A DNA stretch of 36,325 bases, taken from Ginkgo biloba. Its lineage: Eukaryota > Plantae > Ginkgophyta. This document shows, in pieces, positions 1 through 11,592 of the stretch; within the stretch, counting starts at the first letter, position 1; each line of letters begins with the position of its first letter. The stretch is from NCBI GenBank assembly GCA_024626585.2, contig JANKJI020000004.1, forward strand, positions 131,612,099-131,648,423, written 5' to 3'. The position numbers and the translations under genes were made by a program. The notes under the pieces were generated by a model, which was given only the letters and a program-made list of their open reading frames with translations, was not told where the DNA came from and did not search any database.

Positions 1-1303
1 TGATTAAATACAATAAAGGATAGATGGCAGACCATCATTAAAATTAATATGTCGGAAGAGCTAGGCCTTATAACTTAGTAACAAGTATAAGCTAAAATAA
101 GGATTTTTGCAATGACCATGAATAATTCCCAAATGAGAAAGAGAGTTCCTTGATACTCTACCACACCTTAATCAGATGACAAAATCATACCAATCATAGA
201 GTAGAGTATTTTAAATCCCACAACCTTTTATATTCATCAGTAGAGCTAGATGAATCAGCTAACTATATGAAGCAAAACATTTCATCACAAACACCATGAC
301 ATAACTAGAGATGAATGCAAAGAAAATTGCTTACTATTATACTAATTCTTTTCAAAAGGAAAACTCTCCTACTATTGGGGTGATTACAATGGAATTACTT
401 GACTGATATTCAACCTCTCATAGTCTAAAAGAAAAATAAGTCTAAAATTGATTGCCAAAAAATCCTAGATCTTCTGAACCCTTTTTAAAAAAATACTTTT
501 TTCTTTTATAGATAGCCTTTTAGGAGGCCCAGGTAACTAACATCAATCATTTCTTGTCCCAAATGACAAATACCTTGCATGCTAGTTAGCTCTCAAGAGC
601 TTAGGGGAATACATGAGGGAAGTATAGAATTCGATTACTTCTAGAAGATCTTAGTGGGTCCACCAAGCGAGAGAGGGTTTTTTCTCTTAGTCCATTTTTT
701 CCTTGAAGTACTCGGTGACGCGTCATATTCTAGATGGGAGATTGGATGTGGGGTCTTAATACACTCCACATCATCACTTTCATAAAGAGGCAATCCTTGA
801 GTATCCCTGGGCAAAATGAAAGGTATTGAGAATCCAAGAGGACCATCTAATGAGAAGGCCAAGGAAATATTGTGGATCAAGTCATCTAGGTCATGAGTGG
901 GGATGGGAATGTAATGTGGAACCTCTCTATTAAGAGAGTTTTGGGAAGGTAGAACCTATAAACTCTTTCCTAATTTAGGTTCCCATCCTAGGGGTCTAAG
1001 AGACTACACCTTTTTTTGTTTAGGGAAGGGCTCAAGGATGCTCTAATTCCTTACAGGAGTTTTTGATGTGTCTTCTTAGTCTATAATCCTTGATGCCTCT
1101 GCTTTTGTGAAGACTATGGGAATCCTCTCTTGGCTTCTCAATAATATTTTGATTTAACACTCTGAGGTTTCTTTTACTATTGCTTCCTATAGATCACAAA
1201 CCTNNNNNNNNNNNNNNNNNNNNNNNNNNNNNNNNNNNNNNNNNNNNNNNNNNNNNNNNNNNNNNNNNNNNNNNNNNNNNNNNNNNNNNNNNNNNNNNNN
1301 NNN

Positions 1304-2327
1304 GAAAGAAGTGCAGGAAGAATCATTTGATATCTTCAAGAAGAAGATATGTGAAGCCCCTACATTAGGCCTATTAGATTTGCAAAAACCATTCAAGATT
1401 GAGGTCAACATGTCAAGTTATGCACTTGGATCAGTTTTGATGCAATAAGGAAAGCCTATTATGTATGATTTAAAAACCTTCTCTAGAGCAATCTTAAACT
1501 ATTTAAGATACTATAAGGAGTTGTACATGATTTTTACTAGGACATAAAGCATTAAATATATTATCTCTTAGGAAAGAAAATAAATATGCATACTGACCAT
1601 AATCCCTTTCAATTCTTGTAGATGTAAGTAATATTGTAATAGGTCCAACACTTCAAGGGGATGTCATATTTACAATAATCTAATTTGGTTATTAATTACA
1701 AGAAGGGGGTGATGAATAAATTTATCGATATGCTATCAAGGATGTCAACAGTTATCATAGTGGTACTTTGGTTACAACCATTTTCACTTGAATAATTTTG
1801 GGGGCAGTATGAGGAGGATGGTGATTCTAAGTCAGTATATGTGACTTTGAGATAAGGGGATTTGAATTCTAAGTACCATTTGAAGGGAGGAATTCTATAC
1901 TGGCATGAGAATATATGCATTTTGAAAGGGAAGGAAAGAGTGTAATTGTTGTGTGAATACCATACATACAAAGTAGTTGGATACTTTAGAGTCAATAATA
2001 CCTTATTGAATTTACAATGTTATAGTCATTAGCCAAAAATATAGGTGGATGTGGCTAGGTATGTGTGTGGATATATGCAATGCTGCACAAGTAAGTCTAC
2101 CAACCAAAATTTGGGTTTGCATGCTCCTTTGCTAATGTGAAGTCAATTATGGAAAATTTTGTCTATAGACTTCCTTGGTGGACTTTTCATAATAAGGAAT
2201 GGCTATGACTATATATATGTGGCAGTGGATAGATTTTGTAAGATAACAGTATTTATGCCATGAAATAAGATTATCTCAGGCCAAAAATTAAAAAATATAT
2301 AGTTCATACATGTTTGGGTATATTTTG
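1304..2327 (+). mobile_element. Degenerate Ty3/gypsy pol fragment (RNase H, integrase zinc finger and start of core)
   Basis: Manual translation across stops gives FDIFKKKICEAPTLGLLDLQKPFKIEVNMSSYALGSVLMQ*GKPI (RT-RNaseH linker, consensus APVLALPDF.KPF.VE.DAS..AIGAVLMQ), HTDH, YKKGVMNKFIDMLSR, WKILSIDFLGGL and GYDYIYVAVDRFCK (integrase core). RH-then-INT order is gypsy. Confidence 0.9.
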
Positions 2328-2427
2328 NNNNNNNNNNNNNNNNNNNNNNNNNNNNNNNNNNNNNNNNNNNNNNNNNNNNNNNNNNNNNNNNNNNNNNNNN
2401 NNNNNNNNNNNNNNNNNNNNNNNNNNN

Positions 2428-3461
2428 CCAAGTCATAGGTTAAGTATCTATGTCTGGTGTTATATAACTTCTCACTAAAAAATTATATGGGTCTTCCTTC
2501 CTGGTTGAGCATAGATCCTATTCATATCCCTAATGCATCACACTCCACTTCAAATACCTTATCAAAGTTTGATAATGCCAAGATAGGTGTTTTTATCACT
2601 CGCTTCTTCAACAACTCAAAACTATGTCACATGGCTATTGTCCATTGAAATATTTTCCTTTAATTCAATCCATCATTAGAGTTGCAATGACACTAAAATT
2701 TCTTATGAACTTTCTGTAAAAACTATCCAACACATAAAATATCCTCACCTTAGTTTCGATGTCATCCACTCTGAAATCACCTTTACCTTCTCCAAATCCA
2801 TCTACAATCCTTGTTGAGAAATGACAAATCCCAAGTACACCAAACTTGGCTAAAAGAAACTATACTTATTCAATTTTACAAATAAGATCTCCTTCCCGAG
2901 AGTATTGAATATTTTTCTAAGGTTCTATACATTCTCTTTAATAGACTTATTAAAAACTAGGACGCCATATAAGTACACAACACTACATTTTCTTATGAAC
3001 AGTCTTAGGACTACATTCATCAATCACATAATGTAGTAGGAGAATTCAACATCTTAAATGGAATGACCCTCCATTTATATAGTCCATCCCTTTTCTTGAC
3101 AGTTGTCTTCTACTCATCACCTTTTTTTATTAGAATTTGGTAATTTCCACTCCTCATATATACCTTTGAAAAATATTATTCCCCTGACAAATAGTCCATC
3201 ATGTGTCATCCATATGTGGCATTGGGAATCTGTATTTTAATGTTAACTTTATTGACGGCCCTAAAATCCATACACATGCATCACGTCCCATCCTTATTTA
3301 ATGTTAATAGTGTTGGTACTATGTACAAACTCAAGTTATATTATATGAATCCTTTCTTTAATAGTTATTATACCTATCACTTCATCTCTTCATTCTCTTA
3401 TGGACTTAGTCGGTATGCATCTTGGTTCAATAAATTAGACCCTATAATTAAATTAATTTGA
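2428..3461 (-). mobile_element. Degenerate Ty3/gypsy (CRM-like) RT/RNase H fragment
   Basis: Minus strand reads [45 protein letters not shown] (RNase H) and an eroded YxDD region VVYLYGVLVFNK (consensus VVYFDDILVFSK). Confidence 0.85.
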
Positions 3462-3978
3462 NNNNNNNNNNNNNNNNNNNNNNNNNNNNNNNNNNNNNNN
3501 NNNNNNNNNNNNNNNNNNNNNNNNNNNNNNNNNNNNNNNNNNNNNNNNNNNNNNNNNNNNNTAATTTAATATAAACTTTAAAAATTAAAATCAAATTCTA
3601 ATTTCAATATAAACTTAAGAATTTAAAGTTTAAAGTCAAATTTTAAAGTTTAAAATAGAAAATAGAAGAACGTGTAGAAAGACTTTCGAACACTTGATCG
3701 CTTTACCTATGCATAGCGATAGATCTGTTGATTGATGGAAGACGTCGAATGACTTCAAAAAATGGTAGAACACATCGACATCACAACGTTGCAGCGTCAC
3801 CATGGCACAGTTACATGCCACCACCCACTACAAAAGTTGAAATGCGTTGCACAAGTAGTCTATGCAAAGGGAAGAAGTAATCCCTTCAGACAGCGATAGT
3901 CATTTCTCATTATGTCATTTGTATTTCTTTTCTCCACGTTTTTATTTTAATAGAATAATCTCCTATCTGCATTACTAG

Positions 3979-4074
3979 TGTCTTAACCAAACCTTAAAGA
4001 TTTCTGAGATTGTCTTAACCCAACATTAAATATTTTTGCGAATGTTTTAACCAGACCTTAAATATTTCTACGAT
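3979..4074. repeat. 32-bp degenerate tandem repeat, 3 copies
   Basis: Units start at 3979 (tgtcttaaccaaaccttaaagatttctgagat), 4011 (tgtcttaacccaacattaaatatttttgcgaa) and 4043 (tgttttaaccagaccttaaatatttctacgat). Confidence 0.8.
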
Positions 4075-4227
4075 AATGCTAAACAGAATGTCGTATTTTT
4101 TAATGACGTGAATGAACAGAACAAAGGATAATGCACAGAGTGTATAAATTGTCTACAAATAAATCATTAGTATCCAAGGAGTTAGAGTAATGCTAAATCA
4201 GGTGCTTTAGTTGATAATATCAGACAT

Positions 4228-4475
4228 TTCACAGAGATGTTGCGTATACAACATTGGAAGTTACAGTATCAATTCTACGTGTAGAGTCATATGGTATCTC
4301 AGTTCCTGATTGAGCTACGGATTCAAAGGAAACTAGGGGAGGTTGCAAATAAAGTGCAAATTTAAGTTTTTCAACCGTTCACAGAGACATTGCGTATACA
4401 ACATTAGACACTATAGATTTTAATGTTGCGTATACAATGTTGGATGCTACAAATTTTAACGTTGTATACAATGCT
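4228..4475. repeat. Repeated near-palindromic motif (g)ttg(cg)tatacaa, 4 copies; the last three spaced about 36 bp
   Basis: Copies at about 4239, 4390, 4425 and 4461. ttcacagaga..ttgcgtatacaacatt is duplicated at 4228 and 4378. Confidence 0.75.
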
Positions 4476-4490
4476 GAACCCAATTCATCA

Positions 4491-4733
4491 CTCAAGGCTA
4501 AGTTCATCACTGGGAGGATTATTCCTACTATTGCCACTACAACTGCTATGTCAACTGGTTTGGTGTGCTTAGAAATTTATAAGGCTCTTTCTCGTCATAA
4601 TCCTGAACATTATTGCAATACTTATGCAAACTTAGCCCTCCCTATATTCTCTATGGTAGAACCTGTTCCACCCAAAAAAGTAGCATATGGAAATTTAAGC
4701 TAGTCTGTTTGGGACCACTGAGGTTACACAGGG
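4491..4733 (+). pseudogene. UBA1: Ubiquitin-activating enzyme E1 (UBA1/UBA2-type) C-terminal fragment, pseudogenised
   Basis: [64 protein letters not shown] matches plant E1 [59 protein letters not shown]. Two conserved Trp codons have become stops (TAG 4701-4703, TGA 4719-4721). Confidence 0.9.
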
Positions 4734-5599
4734 NNNNNNNNNNNNNNNNNNNNNNNNNNNNNNNNNCAGATAGAGATGTCACCATACCCAACTATCACAA
4801 GAGCAGAAGCGACTTCAAAATCTTCAAAACTAGTAAAAAGTAAATGGTAGAAAAGATTTGGAAAAGGTCCCACCGAGCGTACCAAATGTACACATACATT
4901 TAAGAAATTTAAATGAAATCAGAAGACATTAAAACTAGTTCCTATTCTAAAACCCACGCTACCTCTGATTGAGAATTAATAAAAAATTCTTACTCTAATT
5001 GAATCGTAGATGTTGGCTGGTCCATGGATNNNNNNNNNNNNNNNNNNNNNNNNNNNNNNNNNNNNNNNNNNNNNNNNNNNNNNNNNNNNNNNNNNNNNNN
5101 NNNNNNNNNNNNNNNNNNNNNNNNNNNNNTAATCTCTCTCAAAGTACAAGTGTACAAATATACAAAGTCATAATAAATTATGAGAATACATGTATATGGA
5201 TTATTTTAAGAGAAATACATTAAACAAATATATAGTGACATAGACTCTAAAAGGAAACATACCCATGCACACTCCTCCTACTAGCCCATGGATGTATGCA
5301 AAGTAAATTAGGTGTGTTTAAAAAAGGAAACGTGCATGTGCACACCATATGTCTAAAGTAAGTATCCATAGAAGGATCCAAAATATAAAAAGATGCCAAA
5401 AGTGAGAGAAAACTATAAAAGGAAGAAAAACTCTCAAAAATACTAATAAATAAATATGAATAATCCTCTTATAGGATTACTAAATGTAATCCTCTCTAGG
5501 ACTACTTATGGCCATAAACCCTTAATAGGGATAAAACCCATGGGACTACATGATATCCCCCTCCTATTGCTCAATGGCACATTAATAGATAAGACTATT

Positions 5600-7158
5600 A
5601 TTATTATAGGTTTTAATAAAATTCAACCAAATATTTCCTTGTTAGATCCATATCATGAGAAGTTACTTATGAATAAATCATAGTTATTGAAGTAGGTCAT
5701 GGTGAATATGATTTTTTATAATGAAATCCATAAGAACATCATTTCAAATATTTATTGATGAATTACAACTTTCAACAGAACCACATTTGGATCCTTATCA
5801 ACTTGGTTAGGTTAAATCTGAGATTTTCCATTAAATCACTAAAATTTATACTTTTAATTTTATAATTGGTGATAAATTTATAGATGAAATTGCATGTGAT
5901 ATAACAAATATAGATGTTTGTGGTATATTAATAGTCAATCCATACCAATATGATAAGAAAGAAATTTATTATCCTTTTATAAATACTTATACACTTGTAA
6001 AAGATGGAAAGAAGGTAGTCATNNNNNNNNNNNNNNNNNNNNNNNNNNNNNNNNNNNNNNNNNNNNNNNNNNNNNNNNNNNNNNNNNNNACACAAAATTG
6101 CTTTAGCTATGATTAGGCCTATAAAGGAATATCCAACTTGATATGCAAAAGTTGTTGAAGGTCCCTACCCACAAGATATCTCCTTTCTTCAGTATTATTG
6201 TGATATATAAGAGGAGATGAAAGGGATCCCTTGTCAAATATCTATAAAGCATCAAATAGATTAGTTTTAGGTTTTTTCTTTTCTAATAGGCTATTATATA
6301 AAACTTTGGTAAGTGAAAATGATGAACTCAAAAGATAACTATAATAACTCCTTAAAAATGGATACATTAGACCTAACACTTTATCATGTGGTTCATAGTC
6401 CCTAGGAAATATGGATCATGGAGGCTATGTAATAATTTTTAATCCATCAATAAAATGTAATTAAAAATTGCTACCCACTTATTAGGATTGATGATATTAT
6501 CAATCAAGTTCATGGTGATATGGGATTTTCAAAGATTGATCTTAAGAGTAGGTACCATTAAGTGCAGATGAAAGAGAAAGAAAAATATAAGACAATTTAA
6601 TACTTGGTTTAGTCTTACCAATGCATAATCAACATTCATGAGGTTGATGAATTACATACTTTTACCTTTTATAGATAACTTCATCATTATTTATCTTTAT
6701 GTCATTCTCATTTTTAGTAAGATATGGCCATAACATATATAATAGTTCTATAACATCTCTAACAAGTATTATAAATTCTTCATCAACATCAGTGTCAAGG
6801 TCATGTAGTAAAATACTCTTTTACTAGAGAAAAGTTACACTTACCTTTTAATTTGATTAATTCCAAATATGTCCATATGTATCCTACTAAGATTCAAGTG
6901 CTAAAGGATTGGCATAGTCCTTCCAACCTCACTGAGTTATGTAGTTTCCTAGTGATTGCTAATATCTTTCACAAATTTATTTGCAACTACTCAAGTATTG
7001 CAATTCCTCTCAAACATATCAGAAAAGGTGAAGTTTCATTTTATTGGTCCCCCAAACAACAAAGTGAATTTTAAGCACTTGATGATACACTTTGTCCTTT
7101 GCTTGTCTTAGCTCTCCCTAATCTTACTCAAATTTTTATAGCTAAAACTAAAACTTTA
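5600..7158 (+). mobile_element. Degenerate Ty3/gypsy (CRM-like) protease-RT region
   Basis: DEIACDITNIDVCGILIVNPYQYDKK..NTYTLVKDGKK (post-protease CRM motif), GSWRLC, YPLIRIDDIINQVHG..FSKIDLKSRYH*V, and ORF 6853-7074 KIQVLKDWHSPSNLTELCSFL..FHKFICNYSSIAIPL (RT thumb). Many stops. Confidence 0.9.
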
Positions 7159-7258
7159 NNNNNNNNNNNNNNNNNNNNNNNNNNNNNNNNNNNNNNNNNN
7201 NNNNNNNNNNNNNNNNNNNNNNNNNNNNNNNNNNNNNNNNNNNNNNNNNNNNNNNNNN

Positions 7259-7303
7259 AATTGAAGGGCCCGACTCATCATACTCGGCTCTTGTTATCCA
7301 CAT
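7259..7303 (-). CDS. ACT: Actin coding exon 4 (3' end lost in gap)
   Basis: Minus strand tatgcag|ATG TGG ATA ACA AGA GCC GAG TAT GAT GAG TCG GGC CCT TCA ATT = MWITRAEYDESGPSI, the canonical start of the last plant actin exon. AG acceptor at 7305-7304. Confidence 0.93.
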
Positions 7304-8032
7304 CTGCATAAACCAACCATTGCATTAGTCACAAACATGATATTTTTATACCCAAACAAAGTTAGGGTTTTTCATGAACTACATGAAGCATAGATAGACT
7401 AACTACAATTCATTATGATGATAATGGAACCTTGATATATCAATCTAGGCTATAAAGGATCTAATTCCCTTCATAGGTACATCCTCTAATGGAGTTGATC
7501 ATGTTGTTACTATGTCATAAGGGAGCTAGTATCCTTGTGAATGAACCCATCAAGATGTGTTTTACCACTTGCCCATGGACTATTTGCAATATTATGAGCA
7601 TCAAGACTAATAAAAGCAATGAATCCTTATGAGACACAAACATGCCCTCCAAAATATTTTTGTGTCGTCGGAAACAAACGAGTCATTTATGGTAAGAATG
7701 CCATTTTCACTCAAGGGTGACGACAAATTAGTTGCTTCATTTTATCCCAAGTCACACACAATGCTATTTTCATCTCATGTTTCACACTTTTTAAGTAATA
7801 AGACACTTGAAGTAGGCTTCGATCATAAGCATGGGAAAACAAATTTCTGGTTTTTTTTTAATTTATTTAGCTAAAAAAATAAAGAAAACCCATGTGCTGA
7901 TATCAAAAGACAAGCTTCCAAAGCTTAGTGCAATGTCTTTGAATCTCCAATCCAAGTGTTAGTGCAGTAGATAGCTATTATGTTGATTTTATATTAATAA
8001 TTTCAATTAAAGAGAATGGTGGAGAAGGTTAC

Positions 8033-8646
8033 CTGCTGGAATGTGCTGAGGGAAGCCAGAATGGAGCCTCCAATCCAGACACTGTATTTCCTCTCAGGAG
8101 GAGCAACAACCTTGACCTTCATGCTACTGGGAGCAAGAGCTGTGATTTCCTTGTTCATACGATCAGCAATGCCAGGAAACATAGTGGAACCTCCACTCAT
8201 CACAATGTTTCCATACAAATCCCTTCGGATGTCCACATCACATTTCATGATAGAGCTGTAAGTGGTCTCATGAACTCCTGGAGCTTCCATGCCAATGAGA
8301 GAAGGCTGGAAGAGCACTTCTGCACATCTGAATCTCTCAGACCCAATTGTAATTACTTGCCCATCTGGAAGCTCATAGCTTTTCTCTACTGTTGTGCTGT
8401 TTTTCCCCAATTCCATCTCCTTCTCAAAGTCCATTGCAACATATCCCAATTTCTCCTTCATATCTCTAACAATTTCTCGCTCTGCTGTTGTAGTGAATGT
8501 GTAGCCTCTCTCTGTGAGTATCTTGCACAATGCATCGGTTAAATCTCTACCTGCAAGATCCAATCTGTAGATTGCATGCGGAAGGGCATACCCTTCATAG
8601 ATTGGCACAACATGGGTTACACCATCTCCAGAGTCTAGGACAATAC
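8033..8646 (-). CDS. ACT: Actin coding exon 3 (614 bp)
   Basis: ORF 8003-8755 contains GIVLDSGDG...[23 protein letters not shown]. Boundaries are gcag|GTATT (8646) and CAG|gtaacc (8033). The 614-bp length equals the conserved plant actin exon 3. Confidence 0.98.
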
Positions 8647-8975
8647 CTGCACATTGATACTGTGATTGATCAGAAAATTTAAATATAGCAAAGGGCTTTA
8701 GATACGCAGAATAAACAATATTGTAAAATTTGATACAATATGAAACTGACGACATACAGGAAAATAATCCAAATCATGTATTTTAAGATCCTTCTCAGAC
8801 AAATCACTGAGAATTAAAAAAGAAAACAGGATTACATCCTTTCCCTGATTGACTAGTAAAGAATTTTTTTTACCCCCTAAAACCTAGGATTCAAAAACTC
8901 TTTTGGAGTTTATTACAGGTCTCCTTTAATATTCAATTACAAAAAAATGTAGAAATAGAATTGGAGCTTGCAAAC

Positions 8976-9325
8976 CTGTAGTTCTTCCACTGGCATAAAG
9001 AGAGAGCACAGCTTGGATGGCTATATACATGGCAGGACAATTGAAGACCTCAAACATGATTTCAGTCATCTTCTCCCTGTTGGCTTTGGGATTCAGAGGA
9101 GCCTCTGTGAGCAACATCGGATGATCATCAGAAGCAACACGAAGCTCATTGTTGAAAGTATGATGCCAGATTTTCTCCATATCATCCCAATTGCTAACAA
9201 TTCCGTGCTCAACTGGGTACTTGAGGGTCAGAATACCACGCTTGGACTGTGCTTCGTCTCCAACATATGCATCTTTTTGACCCATTCCTACCATCACACC
9301 AGTGTGCCTTGGACGACCTACTATA
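8976..9325 (-). CDS. ACT: Actin coding exon 2 (5' about 44 nt lost in gap)
   Basis: [30 protein letters not shown]...LYASGRTTG. Donor ACAG|gtttgc at 8976/8975 splits the Gly codon at the conserved plant position. Intron 2 = 8647-8975. Confidence 0.97.
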
Positions 9326-10548
9326 NNNNNNNNNNNNNNNNNNNNNNNNNNNNNNNNNNNNNNNNNNNNNNNNNNNNNNNNNNNNNNNNNNNNNNNNNNN
9401 NNNNNNNNNNNNNNNNNNNNNNNNNATAATGACTCATTGACTAACTCAATTAAAAACTTTGACTTATTTCCTAGACTTATTACATTTGCAAGAGATGTGA
9501 TAACCCCATATGTGACAAACGTATAAACTCTCATGTGGTGATTTCAACTTTAGATACATCATTTTTTTCAAAGAGACAAGGCCCTATTTTGGTTTTATCC
9601 CTCTAATTAATTTGTGATCCTATATGTCCCTCCCATGTGACCAACAAGTTTAATTTCATAATACATTAAACCTTTAAAATGAAATAAAAATATTAAATTA
9701 TAGGTGACGAAAATAGTTCCTATTGGCGTTGATGGCATTTGATTCCTTCGTCGGCACCTCTATCTAATAACAATGCATTCCTATGACTCTGCCACGAACC
9801 CGCAATCTCGATATAATGTCTTATGATTTTCTGGTACAAATTTGAAATGTTGGCAACTTGTTGAATACTGATGTACTTTAGACTGTGGACATTTGGCCTA
9901 CATCAGATTATTGAAATTCGACTTACATTGGAATGTTGAACTTCGCCACATGTTAAACCATGGACATCTACTTCGAACAAAATTTCTTTGATGTGAAAGA
10001 ATGCTCACCTGACATAGAACGCCTCCACACCACTGACATGCATCATAAATAAGTTATTGTTGATTGAAGGTATTTTTCACGTCGATTCTGCCCACAAATT
10101 GTTGTCGGTGAGGGTGCTCTCTAACGTTGTATCTGAGTAAGTCTGTATCTGACATTATCGATTTTGGATCTCTCTGACCACGGTGAAAAGTGTCCCTTGT
10201 CACACAAGAAAAAACCTTCTCCAACATTCTCATTCAAGACATTACATTCGCCACTATTGCTTAATACCGCTATCATTCAAAAGTGCTCCAATGTTGTCAT
10301 TTTAGACATTATATTTGCCACTATCATTTGAACTTATTTTGACATTGTCATTTAAAATGTTGGCAGCATCGTCTCTATCAATAGTGGACATTCTGTTGTA
10401 GGGTGAAATGTTGTTAAGGGTCATTTCTATAACTCGAAGCAGGGGGCATTCTTTCTTTTGAATTGCAGCAATGCCTTCCTCCGACGAGTCTGATAGATAA
10501 TAGCTTCTCCGAGGAGTAATGGCTCTCCAACATGTCTGAGAGGGAGTG

Positions 10549-10763
10549 TCGGCACCAATGGTAATCACCTATCCATTAGGAAGCTCATACCTTTTTTCTA
10601 GGGAAGAACTATTTTTTCCTATCTCTAGCTCTTTATCATAGTTAAGTGCCACATAAGTAAGATTTTCCTTCATATCATGAATAATTTCATGCTCTATAGT
10701 AGTGGTAAATGAGTACCCTCTCTCTGTTAGAATCTTCATCCAAGCATCTGTCAGATATCGACC
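10549..10763 (-). pseudogene. ACT: Actin pseudogene fragment (exon-3-like)
   Basis: Minus strand [70 protein letters not shown]. In-frame TAG at 10571-10569 replaces Gln. Homology ends abruptly after ITIGA. Confidence 0.92.
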
Positions 10764-10887
10764 NNNNNNNNNNTCTTCTCTGGCTTATAAAACTATATGA
10801 TAATATGACTAGACTTTAGGTATTACTAACAAAATAAATTTTGAATTAGGGGAAGGGTCAATTGTTAACATAAATACAAGTAAATTT

Positions 10888-10983
10888 TCCTATATAAGCA
10901 TCCTTCTATCCCATTCCCACCATAACTCTAGTATGACATGGTGACCCACAATGCTGGAAAGCATCATCTCCTGCAAATCCAGC
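10888..10983 (-). pseudogene. ACT: Actin pseudogene fragment (5' part of exon 2, acceptor retained)
   Basis: ttttgaag|GCT GGA TTT GCA GGA GAT GAT GCT (AGFAGDDA), then a PRAV deletion and small indels, then HT(R)VMVGMG*KDAYIG. TAG at 10908-10906. Confidence 0.9.
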
Positions 10984-11592
10984 CTTCAAAATCCACACCC
11001 AAAACCATAATCAGTACCTATGACTGCTATCAGAATTCTATTCATTTCACAGAGTAATATTACTTAAAAATACAAAAGGGCCAAAGACCATAATAGGCAC
11101 TGAATGATGAGAAAACATTCACTTCTAATTACTGTCAGAAAGCTTTTCTAGACAAATATTTGCTGAATTTGGCCTGATTAATGACTACGCATGTAAAGCT
11201 TTCACTAATAGGGAATCCTGTAACCAATATCCAAAAACACACTTGAAAATTTGCACACGTAAAATCCTTTTAATCATTTTTCAGAGGGAAGTTTTTGGGA
11301 AATTTATGAATGGTTGAAAAGAAATATCAGACGATTGTCTGAGACTGCAATAAAAACATTGCATGTTTTGGGATATCTGAAAGCAAAATTAACCACATAT
11401 TTCCTCTTATTTCATATTTAAGAGAGCTCTTTAAAATTGAATTTTCATGTTTGTAAGCTTCAAAATTAAACTTGGAAAATGAACTTGATTATNNNNNNNN
11501 NNNNNNNNNNNNNNNNNNNNNNNNNNNNNNNNNNNNNNNNNNNNNNNNNNNNNNNNNNNNNNNNNNNNNNNNNNNNNNNNNNNNNNNNNNNN

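Noticed and set aside
1-1203. ORF 641-880 and surrounding TE-like sequence; likewise 9700-10540, 20900-22780, 28300-29120 and 34400-36325
   Set aside because: Probably repeat-derived, but no recognisable protein motif or terminus, so left unclassified.
4228-4475. Near-palindromic repeats with spacing of about 36 bp, superficially CRISPR-like
   Set aside because: Eukaryotic context, the spacers resemble each other, the repeats are degenerate and no cas genes are present; it is a minisatellite.
4767-4800. Minus strand VIVGYGDISI resembles the K+ channel pore signature TVGYGD
   Set aside because: Only about 8 codons before a gap, lacks the conserved Thr and has no supporting flanking homology; compatible with chance.
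8016-9429. Plus-strand ORFs 8016-8261, 8270-8542 and 8968-9429
   Set aside because: Antisense shadows of the actin exons.
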